Of a stretch of 53,303 nucleotides of DNA, positions 46,043 through 53,303 are shown piece by piece. The notes beneath the pieces are model-generated. The model was not told the DNA's origin. It ran no database searches and saw nothing but the letters and a program-made list of their open reading frames with translations. The stretch is from a virus (Duplodnaviria > Caudoviricetes), in IMG/VR virus record IMGVR_UViG_3300030104_000911, positions 1-53,303 of that record; one strand, given 5' to 3'. The stretch's first letter is position 1; each line of letters starts with the position of its first letter. The translations under genes were made by a program, and so were the position numbers.

Positions 46043-46725
46043 TACTCATTTCCTCCTTTAGTTATTTTATCTTTGACCATAGCTACATCTAGTTTAGATG
46101 TATCAATATCTAATTGCTCAGGTGTAGCCCTATTACTTTTATTCAACACTTCGTTGTGTCTATCTTTAGTCTCTTCGGGTAGCAAGTCATATATCTTAGG
46201 TAGTACCTTTATACATGGGGCTAGAGTAGAATAGTTATCCAATACTTTCATTACCGTATCAACAGTACTTTTTTGTTCCTGTTCTATCTCTTGTATTTTA
46301 CTTGCATATTCTTCATACTCTTTGTGTAATGTATCCCACTTAGGATTAGTAGCGTCTAGTGCTATACTACAATCTCCATGATAAGTAGAGCCAAGTCTCC
46401 AACCATACTGTGTCACTACCTCACGCTCATTTGGTATAGGAAAACTTGGTACATCAAAGTACTTTAAGCTGTAGTTCTTAATAGTTAGTTCATTTGGTGT
46501 GTTATAAAATCCCTCAAATTCTATACCTTTAGACTGTCTAATCCAACCTGTATCTAACTTATTAAGATTTTCTATAACAGTAGCAGGATATAAATTACTA
46601 GCTATCATACTACCCCATGCTTTACTATAGTTTTCTTTAGCTTGTTTGATTCTATTTCTAAACAAATGTCTAGTATTGTCTACTATATTTTCATATAGTC
46701 TTTGACTTATTCTTACTGTTGCCAT
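46042..46725 (-). CDS. Hypothetical protein (weak Nmad5-like resemblance)
   Basis: ATG 46725 has SD GAGGT; C-terminal VL..YSTL...LP...LLP. Confidence 0.65.
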   Translation of the reverse strand: MATVRISQRLYENIVDNTRHLFRNRIKQAKENYSKAWGSMIASNLYPATVIENLNKLDTGWIRQSKGIEFEGFYNTPNELTIKNYSLKYFDVPSFPIPNEREVVTQYGWRLGSTYHGDCSIALDATNPKWDTLHKEYEEYASKIQEIEQEQKSTVDTVMKVLDNYSTLAPCIKVLPKIYDLLPEETKDRHNEVLNKSNRATPEQLDIDTSKLDVAMVKDKITKGGNE

Positions 46726-46726
46726 T

Positions 46727-47878
46727 TTAATTACCTCTCTTGTTGTTTGTTTCATCTTGCATAATAGTCACTTCTCCAAATGGTGGTGTACTCGCACTCT
46801 CATTTGTTGATACCCATAGCACAGGGTAATCGGGCATATCCCCATAGTCACTACAACACAAGTCTGTTAGAAATATACATGCAACAGGGTTTATGTTTTT
46901 CTCTTGCATGTATGTAAAGACAGGGCTAAATGCCGTACCTCCACCACCATGTGGCTTAAAGGTAGGCTCTGTGTCCCTATCAAACTCATCAGCATGGCAA
47001 ACGCTACTGTCAAAATAGATAACGTGTATCTTCTCGGGTTTATGTGTTTCCCATACTTCTCTTACTTCACTTGCAAATTGATTCAATTCATTCTCAGTAA
47101 TAGAGCCTGATGTATCTATTGCAAATGCTATCTCGCCTAGTCCCTCGCCTGAAACACTAGGCATGATTAGTCCTTGTGAAATAAATCTTCTGTTCGGTCT
47201 TGCATAAGACCTGTCATCATTCCTTTGCTTGACAACGAATCGTTGTAAGACATCACGCCAATCAACTTTAGGTTTAAGTAATGTACCAACAAGTCTCTCC
47301 ATGTTGGCACTAAGTTTGCCCATCATCTTAGCTGACTGACTTGCTTGTGCTACTTTAACTTTCCATTCTGCTCGTTGTTGTTCTATCTCAGCAGGGGATT
47401 GACCACCATCTTCGCACGAATCTAATGCTTGACCACTTCCTTGGATACCACCATTGGGTGTATCTTTGTCATCTTGTGGTAGCAAGTGGTATATCTTATC
47501 TGATATACCCTCGCCCTCATCATAGATACTCTTATCCAACAACCCATCTTTAGGCATTACACCTATATGCTCATCAACAAGTAGCTGATTGATTACAAAA
47601 TCAGTAGCTACATTCCATAGTCGTGCGTCCTTGTCTCCTCTACGAACACAATGTTCAAGCATAGGATGAAAGCATTCATGAGCCACCAAGAATAGTAACT
47701 CATCATCACTCAATGTCCCACAGAAGTCGGGGTTTAGCACAACTTCTTTGCCGTTAGTCATAGCCGTTGGACACTCATCACTAACTCTGAACACCATGTT
47801 CATAGCTACTGTGCCAATGAATGGGTGTTCAAGTATCAATCGTGTCTTAGCTTTACTTATTCGTGTGTTTATATCCAT
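46727..47878 (-). CDS. DUF2201-type metallopeptidase-like plus vWA protein
   Basis: AHECFH (HExxH), WNVATDFVIN, MIDAS IDTSGS, GGGGT.F, FLTD. Confidence 0.85.
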   Translation of the reverse strand: MDINTRISKAKTRLILEHPFIGTVAMNMVFRVSDECPTAMTNGKEVVLNPDFCGTLSDDELLFLVAHECFHPMLEHCVRRGDKDARLWNVATDFVINQLLVDEHIGVMPKDGLLDKSIYDEGEGISDKIYHLLPQDDKDTPNGGIQGSGQALDSCEDGGQSPAEIEQQRAEWKVKVAQASQSAKMMGKLSANMERLVGTLLKPKVDWRDVLQRFVVKQRNDDRSYARPNRRFISQGLIMPSVSGEGLGEIAFAIDTSGSITENELNQFASEVREVWETHKPEKIHVIYFDSSVCHADEFDRDTEPTFKPHGGGGTAFSPVFTYMQEKNINPVACIFLTDLCCSDYGDMPDYPVLWVSTNESASTPPFGEVTIMQDETNNKRGN

Positions 47879-48732
47879 TATATATCTCCCATATAGGCAC
47901 CCATTTTCTTCATAATATCCTTAGCTACATTACTTTTCTCTTCCCTTAGATGTGGATTATTACGTAATGAATCAGGGTGTAGTTTAGTAAATGATTGTTC
48001 TACCTCTGCTCTGAGCCTTTCTAGATTCTCATCATCATTGATATTCAATCGTTTAAGTAAGTCGCATATGTCCTTAGTGTTATCTATCAATGTATCTCTG
48101 AAGATTGACTTGGGGTCATGCAACTTATCCGATATATGTTTTACTCTATCGTACAACCGTTGCCATGCCTCTCTCATAGCTACTGCTGTTGCAGTCTCAA
48201 CTTGTTGTGTCACTTCACTACGAATTTGTGCCAACTCATTGTCAGGTATTGATACTCTAAAGTCATCTGCAGGTACAGGCATGACTGTAACATCCATACT
48301 GAACTTGTTTCTCAACTCATCTGTATCAGGATAATCATTAGGGTCATACAGTTTACCTAGAGATATTTGTGCATTTCTTATCAGCCTTGGGTAGTCTCTA
48401 ATAAAATCTTCTACTAGTACTTCCCATTGTGACTTAGCTTTCCTATACATCTCCATAAAGGATAGATAGTTTTTAGATGGTAGTATCATAGTACCATCAG
48501 TAAGCCATGGTAGTGTGTTCTCATAAAACATCTTCCGTATATTCCATGTTAGTTTCTTTATGTCATCCAATGGTTGTGCCATTGGTAACAATGCTTTGTT
48601 GTAATTACCACTAGATACTTCTGCGTTGTTAGACATAGCTATATCTTGGGTAGCTTTCTTGTCTCTCTTACGCATAGTAGCTTGTCGTATGTTCAACTGA
48701 ACTAACAAGGCTTTGCCGTTTAGTTTACTCAT
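47878..48732 (-). CDS. Helical protein of the AAA/vWA module (DUF3150-like)
   Basis: Lies between the AAA and vWA genes; TLPW...G..ILP, LGKLYDPNDYP. Confidence 0.55.
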   Translation of the reverse strand: MSKLNGKALLVQLNIRQATMRKRDKKATQDIAMSNNAEVSSGNYNKALLPMAQPLDDIKKLTWNIRKMFYENTLPWLTDGTMILPSKNYLSFMEMYRKAKSQWEVLVEDFIRDYPRLIRNAQISLGKLYDPNDYPDTDELRNKFSMDVTVMPVPADDFRVSIPDNELAQIRSEVTQQVETATAVAMREAWQRLYDRVKHISDKLHDPKSIFRDTLIDNTKDICDLLKRLNINDDENLERLRAEVEQSFTKLHPDSLRNNPHLREEKSNVAKDIMKKMGAYMGDI

Positions 48733-48748
48733 TGTGTTTGCCTCACTA

Positions 48749-49738
48749 TTATATTATTACATTTTGTTTGTCTACTGCCCACTTAGTGAACTCGGGTGTA
48801 TTCATCAAGTCTGTGTTCTTCTTGACTGCATACGATACCGACAGTACTGAAAACTCAGGTGGTATCCTGTCTAGGTATGTCAATACATTCTTGAAGTTAT
48901 CCACCGTTGAATATGTGGCTAGACTACCAGCCATTGCGTACAATGTAGCAGGGTCATTAGGCACAATAGCGTCTAGTGGTTTCTTGATGAGTTGTTCAAT
49001 GTCAGGTAGATTACGAAATATCTTAATAAACCCAACGAACTCTGCACTAGCCCCTTCGCCTACTGCCCCTTTGAATGTCTCATACTCTGCCTCTTGTGAT
49101 ACAATGCCTATCGCATTGGATACACCTTCAACCCAACTCCTTGGTGTAGGATTAGATTCTCGTTGTGGGTTAAAGTCATGCAGTAAGTCTGTTCTAAACT
49201 TAATGAATGATATGACTTCGGGTTTGACATCATGGTCAATAGCCCATGACAACCAATCATCAACGTGTGTCTCTAAGTCATACACAGTATGCCTGTTACG
49301 TAAGTGAGACAGTATGCGATTAGCCCCTGCCCTATCTGACACCTTGTTGCCTGTTGATATTATTTGCCAACCCTCTTTCATTGGCACACCATGTAGGTTT
49401 CTAGCTTGGCACATGTTAGCCACCACTTTCTGCAAGTCAGCACTAGCTTGATTCATGTCGTCAAAGCATAGTATACCTGTATCAGGATGATTACTGCCTA
49501 CTGCAGGAAAGAAGTTTGCTAGTGTGTGTTTCAATGTGCCATCAGGTTGTGGTATGGGTATACCAAAGTCTTCTACCAACATGGTTGGCATATGTACTTC
49601 AATGTATCCAACACCCATTTCCTTGGCAACCTCTTGGCATATGGTAGTCTTACCACCACCTGGGCTACCTTCGATAGCTATTGTCCTCTTTATTTTAAAC
49701 AAATCCTTAATGGTTTGTTTCATTAGTTTTGCTCGCAT
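48749..49738 (-). CDS. MoxR/dynein-related AAA+ ATPase
   Basis: GSPGGGKT, ILCFDD, STGN, LRNR, PTPRSW. Confidence 0.88.
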   Translation of the reverse strand: MRAKLMKQTIKDLFKIKRTIAIEGSPGGGKTTICQEVAKEMGVGYIEVHMPTMLVEDFGIPIPQPDGTLKHTLANFFPAVGSNHPDTGILCFDDMNQASADLQKVVANMCQARNLHGVPMKEGWQIISTGNKVSDRAGANRILSHLRNRHTVYDLETHVDDWLSWAIDHDVKPEVISFIKFRTDLLHDFNPQRESNPTPRSWVEGVSNAIGIVSQEAEYETFKGAVGEGASAEFVGFIKIFRNLPDIEQLIKKPLDAIVPNDPATLYAMAGSLATYSTVDNFKNVLTYLDRIPPEFSVLSVSYAVKKNTDLMNTPEFTKWAVDKQNVII

Positions 49739-49920
49739 TATTGTCCTCCTTTGAACTTTTTATGGTCAGAGCCATAGGCGACAAACATATTGTCTTTCCT
49801 ATGTAACTTGGCAGTTTTCTTGTTATCAAAATGTACAGGCTTACCTGTAGCCTCATCAATAACATAACCTCCACCTTTCCCATAGCGTAAGAAGAAAAGT
49901 TTCAATGGTTTAGTTTCCAT
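49738..49920 (-). CDS. Small basic hypothetical protein
   Basis: SD AAGGAG; TAATG coupling to the AAA gene. Confidence 0.7.
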   Translation of the reverse strand: METKPLKLFFLRYGKGGGYVIDEATGKPVHFDNKKTAKLHRKDNMFVAYGSDHKKFKGGQ

Positions 49921-49997
49921 TATTATCTCCTTGTGTGTTGTTATATCCTCACAACCTATCGTGAGAAATTCGTGATTTGATTTACCTTAGCAATCAT

Positions 49998-50214
49998 TGA
50001 AAAATTTGGAAAGTTTCCCCCCTCAAAGAGGGGAAACCCGTACCTCTTCTACTTCCACAGTTAAGGCACAAAATTCATTAAGGATAGATAGGCGTATACT
50101 TGCACCACTGCTTTTGTATAACATTAAGGTAGTATGCGTAAGCTTACACAGACAATTAAATGTCTTTCGCATTATCACCTATCTATCCCATGACCAGAGG
50201 TACGTTACACCTCT
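49998..50214 (-). ncRNA. Candidate structured RNA or attenuator leader
   Basis: Nested inverted repeats 50039-47/50196-204, 50082-92/50178-88, 50134-38/50168-72, 50150-54/50161-65; terminator-like hairpin 50013-50037; TATACA-17-TAAAAT upstream. Confidence 0.5.
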
Positions 50215-50249
50215 ACAGTATTTTAATATTACTTAACCATAATGTATAG

Positions 50250-50450
50250 TTAATTATGCTTACCTCCCTTGTTATTGATACCTTTTAAATCTTCTTTATT
50301 GCTAACCACAATGTAGTTAGACTTGTGCATAGGGACTATCGTATGCTTACGCTTACGTGCCTCTATCTCACCACAAGTTAGGCATGTTTGGTAACCTAGT
50401 GCCAACCTCCCGTGTGGTATTACAGTATTACATATCTTACATTTAGACAT
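50250..50450 (-). CDS. DksA/TraR-like C4 zinc-finger protein
   Basis: CKIC...IP.GRL..GY.TCLTC; ATG 50450 has SD GAGGT. Confidence 0.6.
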   Translation of the reverse strand: MSKCKICNTVIPHGRLALGYQTCLTCGEIEARKRKHTIVPMHKSNYIVVSNKEDLKGINNKGGKHN

Positions 50451-50505
50451 AGTGTCTACCTCAATGTGTTGTGAGAGGGACAACTAGTGTCCCCCTCTGT
50501 TGTTA

Positions 50506-50637
50506 TTAAATACCCATTATTGATAGGCATTTATTGATATCATGGTGTATCCTAAGCAACTTCAAGAACTCTTTAGGCGACTTCTTGTGTTGTTTAACAT
50601 AGGTAATAGCCATGCGTATATGTTCTCTTATGGTCAT
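50506..50637 (-). CDS. 43-aa hypothetical protein
   Basis: SD GAGGT; MTIREHIRMAITYVKQH...; ATGA overlap. Confidence 0.5.
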   Translation of the reverse strand: MTIREHIRMAITYVKQHKKSPKEFLKLLRIHHDINKCLSIMGI

Positions 50638-50795
50638 ATCAACCTCTCATGTTTGGTTATAGATTTCTTGTAAGATACATAAGTGACTTGCTCTGCTACC
50701 ACCCTATTGTTCCTTACAGTCTGTGATATAACCTTTCGTACAGGTTGTTGTTGTGTAGGTCTATTAGCGACCTTTTGTGCATACTTAGATTTCAT
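50634..50795 (-). CDS. 53-aa basic hypothetical protein
   Basis: SD GGAGG; MKSKYAQKVANRP... Confidence 0.55.
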   Translation of the reverse strand: MKSKYAQKVANRPTQQQPVRKVISQTVRNNRVVAEQVTYVSYKKSITKHERLI

Positions 50796-50812
50796 AGTGT
50801 CCTCCATATAAG

Positions 50813-50848
50813 TATATAAAAAGGGACACTAGGTTGCCCTAGTGTCCC
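50813..50848 (-). terminator. Intrinsic terminator
   Basis: Perfect 11-bp stem GGGACACTAGG/CCTAGTGTCCC with a T-tract on the minus strand, just after stop 50859. Confidence 0.8.
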
Positions 50849-50858
50849 CATTGTTGTG

Positions 50859-51314
50859 TTATTTACTAGCGTTGAAAGTCTTTTTGAACTCTTCAAAGGA
50901 TTTTGTTTCGTCCTTAGAGAGTGTTAGACCTTTCTTACTTGCTTTGCCTTTAGGCACACCGTAGTAGATATAAATATTATCCAACGGGTGTTTACCTGCA
51001 TAGCAATAGCCAACCATAAGTGTTGGCACAGGTGTACCCTCTTGTGGTGTCTTTGGCATTGAATACGACACCTGAGCAACTCTCTTGTTACCATCTTGGT
51101 CGTGATTGTTTTGTGCTTTGTAGTGCATGTAAGCCCACAAGTCGTTGACAGTAGCACTAGTGAACGTATCGCCATCTTCAATGGCATCAGCACACTTTAT
51201 GTCCACAACAGGGGTGACTTGGTCTTTACGAAACCTCATGTGTACCCTTACAGGTACATCATCAGGTAACAAGCCTCTCTCTAGGTCTTTGTATTTTTCT
51301 CTTAAGTTTTCCAT
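50859..51314 (-). CDS. Hypothetical early protein
   Basis: SD GGAGG; followed by a terminator. Confidence 0.75.
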   Translation of the reverse strand: MENLREKYKDLERGLLPDDVPVRVHMRFRKDQVTPVVDIKCADAIEDGDTFTSATVNDLWAYMHYKAQNNHDQDGNKRVAQVSYSMPKTPQEGTPVPTLMVGYCYAGKHPLDNIYIYYGVPKGKASKKGLTLSKDETKSFEEFKKTFNASK

Positions 51315-51453
51315 AGTGTTTTTCCTCCGAGCATATAAGCTCTTTTCAGGTTAATTGAGTTGCCACAGGGGTGGAATATCCCCTTTGGCTTTGCCAAGTC
51401 TAACAAACCCTGAAAAACTTGGAAAGTTTACGCCCTCAAAGAGTGTCACCCTA

Positions 51454-51800
51454 CTATCTAGCTACTAGTCTGCAAACTTTACAACATATATGGCAACATA
51501 TATAGCAATTTAGATAGGAAATATATAAAGAAATCAATAAGATACAATCAGGTATCTAAAGTATCTAGTTTTTTCTGAACAATTATTCGCTCCAATTTTA
51601 GTTATATCGTAATGTATATCATTTGGTCTGTGATATTATGTTAAAAAAACTAGATAATCTAGATAGTTTAGATAGTTATTATCTCTCATGTATGGCTAAA
51701 CCTTAACTGCACTAACAAACTATACACTTTTACATGTAAGGTTTGACTATCTAATACCTTACAATGTATGTATAGCTAGATTTAGATAGTTCAGATAGTA
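51454..51800. repeat. TAGATA iteron-like array, candidate replication origin
   Basis: About ten TAGATA/TATCTA-type units, several spaced 9 bp apart; 22-bp imperfect inverted repeat; no ORF. Confidence 0.55.
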
Positions 51801-51973
51801 AAACCTTACGTTACTCCAGAGCTTACACCTATTAAACTAGATGAATACACAAAGTGTAAACCCATAGTGTAACCTCTAGCCCACATTGTGTGCCGTAACC
51901 CCCCGACCTATGGGCTTATAAATAAAACAAAATAAAAAATGTAAGCAGTTTATACACTTGCTTAGGTGTTTGA

Positions 51974-52129
51974 TTACTTAGACATTACCAAAAGGATATA
52001 TCTAGAATCATTTTGTTTATCTTCTATCCATTTCTTTCTATCTAAATGGTTGTCGAATGTTTTTCTATAGATTTTTCTGCCACCATTTCTAGCCCAGTCA
52101 ACCCAACATTCTCTTTTATATATACTCAT
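51974..52129 (-). CDS. 51-aa hypothetical protein (not in ORF track)
   Basis: GAGGAAAGCAAATG start; MSIYKRECWVDWARNGGRK... Confidence 0.6.
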   Translation of the reverse strand: MSIYKRECWVDWARNGGRKIYRKTFDNHLDRKKWIEDKQNDSRYILLVMSK

Positions 52130-52148
52130 TTGCTTTCCTCATTGTATG

Positions 52149-52186
52149 GAGGGAGCTAACTCAGAGTCCATTCCGAGTTAGCCCTC
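52149..52186 (-). other. Intergenic stem-loop (processing site or terminator)
   Basis: GCTAACTC...GAGTTAGC stem extended by GAGGG/CCCTC. Confidence 0.5.
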
Positions 52187-52193
52187 AGCTCAG

Positions 52194-52658
52194 TTACTTA
52201 CTAGACCATAAAGCTCTAGGTTTCACTGCGGAAGTAGAAGATTCTACTTTGTCGGACACTCTGAGTTTTGGTGTATCAGATTTACTTGTCCATTCTCTAG
52301 CTTTAGTATAGCTATGTCCTAAGACAAGTTGTCCTCCAGAGATTAATCTACGTAATACACCTTCGTCATTTTCTAGTAGATAGAAGTTACTAGGGTGTAA
52401 CGGAAGCTCAGGATTTGCTTGACAACAAAGCTTGAGTTCTTCGTAGATTTCCTCAGGTTCGGTCGTTAGAGTAAACGCACCATCGACGTGCCACATAAAC
52501 CCAATAAAATGGATTTTGTTTTGTGACTTGTCAGCCTTATACTTAGGTTGACCATAGCCGTCGAGACCTTTGGACGCATTGACGATACGTGGATAACCCA
52601 CGATATCAGGTGTCAATCCGAATCTCCCTTTAGCTGATTCAAAGTTATACTCATTCAT
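52194..52658 (-). CDS. First early-arm hypothetical protein
   Basis: SD GGAGG; promoter upstream. Confidence 0.75.
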   Translation of the reverse strand: MNEYNFESAKGRFGLTPDIVGYPRIVNASKGLDGYGQPKYKADKSQNKIHFIGFMWHVDGAFTLTTEPEEIYEELKLCCQANPELPLHPSNFYLLENDEGVLRRLISGGQLVLGHSYTKAREWTSKSDTPKLRVSDKVESSTSAVKPRALWSSK

Positions 52659-52738
52659 ATAACTTATCCTCCATAAAGGTAGGTATTACATAGGCTACCT
52701 AGATGCCTGACATCAAGAACAACCTCGATGTTGATTTC

Positions 52739-52767
52739 ATTATTACATAACTATACAAGTATGTCAA
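52739..52767 (-). promoter_or_regulatory. Sigma70-type leftward promoter
   Basis: TTGACA-17 nt-AATAAT with TG extension. Confidence 0.65.
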
Positions 52768-52937
52768 GTTTTAATTACAAACCCTTATAAATAAAGGCCT
52801 GTAGCGTTTACGATAAACAGCAGACAGAAAAGGTATAGGGGGGTACATGGACTGCGAATAATAACCTGCCCCCTATATATGTAAACCTCTTATAACAAAG
52901 GGTCAAAAACCAACGTGTAAAGTTTTGGCTACCCACC

Positions 52938-52966
52938 TTGACATACCCCTTTAAATACAATACGTT
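52938..52966 (+). promoter_or_regulatory. Sigma70-type rightward promoter, probably leaderless
   Basis: TTGACA-17 nt-TACGTT, then 6 nt to ATG 52973; no SD. Confidence 0.6.
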
Positions 52967-52972
52967 TTCAAT

Positions 52973-53303
52973 ATGGACACACTACCATTACGACATACTA
53001 AATGGTCAGACCGCCTAGCGTTTGACATGGCGTTGTTACTTGAGGGCTCTGGAGAAACTCTAGATGAGCTTAGAGCTAGACACCACATTACTGTTGATGA
53101 CTTAGTATTATTCAACAAGGACAAAGTTTATTTAAAAAAGATAGAATCTTATAGAGCTGAGATTGTAGAAAAAGGTATGACCTTTAAACTAAAAGCTAGA
53201 GCTCAAGCTGAAGAACTACTAACAACAAGCTGGACTATGATACACAGCCCTGAGACATCTTCAGCAGTTAAGGCAGATTTAATTAAATCTACTGTTAAAT
53301 GGG
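52973..53303 (+). CDS. Probable terminase small subunit (runs off the window end)
   Basis: Open frame MDTLPLRHTKWSDRLAFDMALLLEGSGE...KLKARAQAEELL...STVKW; first gene of the late arm; function assigned by synteny only. Confidence 0.55.
   Translation, partial: MDTLPLRHTKWSDRLAFDMALLLEGSGETLDELRARHHITVDDLVLFNKDKVYLKKIESYRAEIVEKGMTFKLKARAQAEELLTTSWTMIHSPETSSAVKADLIKSTVKW

Noticed and set aside
49860-49890. YGKGG in the early 60-aa protein as another GG tag
   Set aside because: Single copy, different spacing to Val, early gene; probably coincidental
50040-50200. Hammerhead ribozyme or tRNA in the structured region
   Set aside because: CGAAA is present but there is no CUGANGA core; no cloverleaf or T-loop
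49997-50236. 79-aa plus-strand ORF in the ORF track
   Set aside because: TTG start, no SD, opposite to all neighbours; the region is better explained as structured RNA

Overview
This window is an AT-rich, nearly complete genome of a tailed dsDNA phage with podovirus-type organisation, probably marine (inferred from tail-fibre and small-protein content). The + arm (151-33040) encodes portal, scaffold, major capsid, two adaptors, tail fibres, small basic proteins, an envelope-targeted gene cluster, nozzle, ejection proteins and a 2987-aa polyvalent protein. The - arm (33098-52658) encodes primase-helicase, two adjacent SSB-like genes, SNF2 helicase, VRR-NUC, a Cas4-like nuclease, a Leu762-type PolA, an Ntn protease, an AAA+/vWA module and many small early genes. 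A repeat-rich non-coding region and divergent promoters follow, and the window ends inside a probable terminase small subunit. I recognised no terminase large subunit, integrase, RNA polymerase, endolysin, tRNA or CRISPR array. The strongest unexplained signals are: (1) two +1-frame overprinted basic ORFs with strong Shine-Dalgarno (SD) sites inside acidic host segments; (2) a ~215-nt structured RNA with mutually exclusive pairings ahead of the AAA+/vWA operon; (3) a type-1 copper ligand set in a tail fibre; (4) an exact 25-nt in-frame repeat linking polA to an early-gene boundary; (5) an apparent SSB displacement; (6) a shared [YM]xxGGx[VL] peptide tag in unrelated late proteins. All product calls come from reading motifs and synteny by eye, not from database searches.
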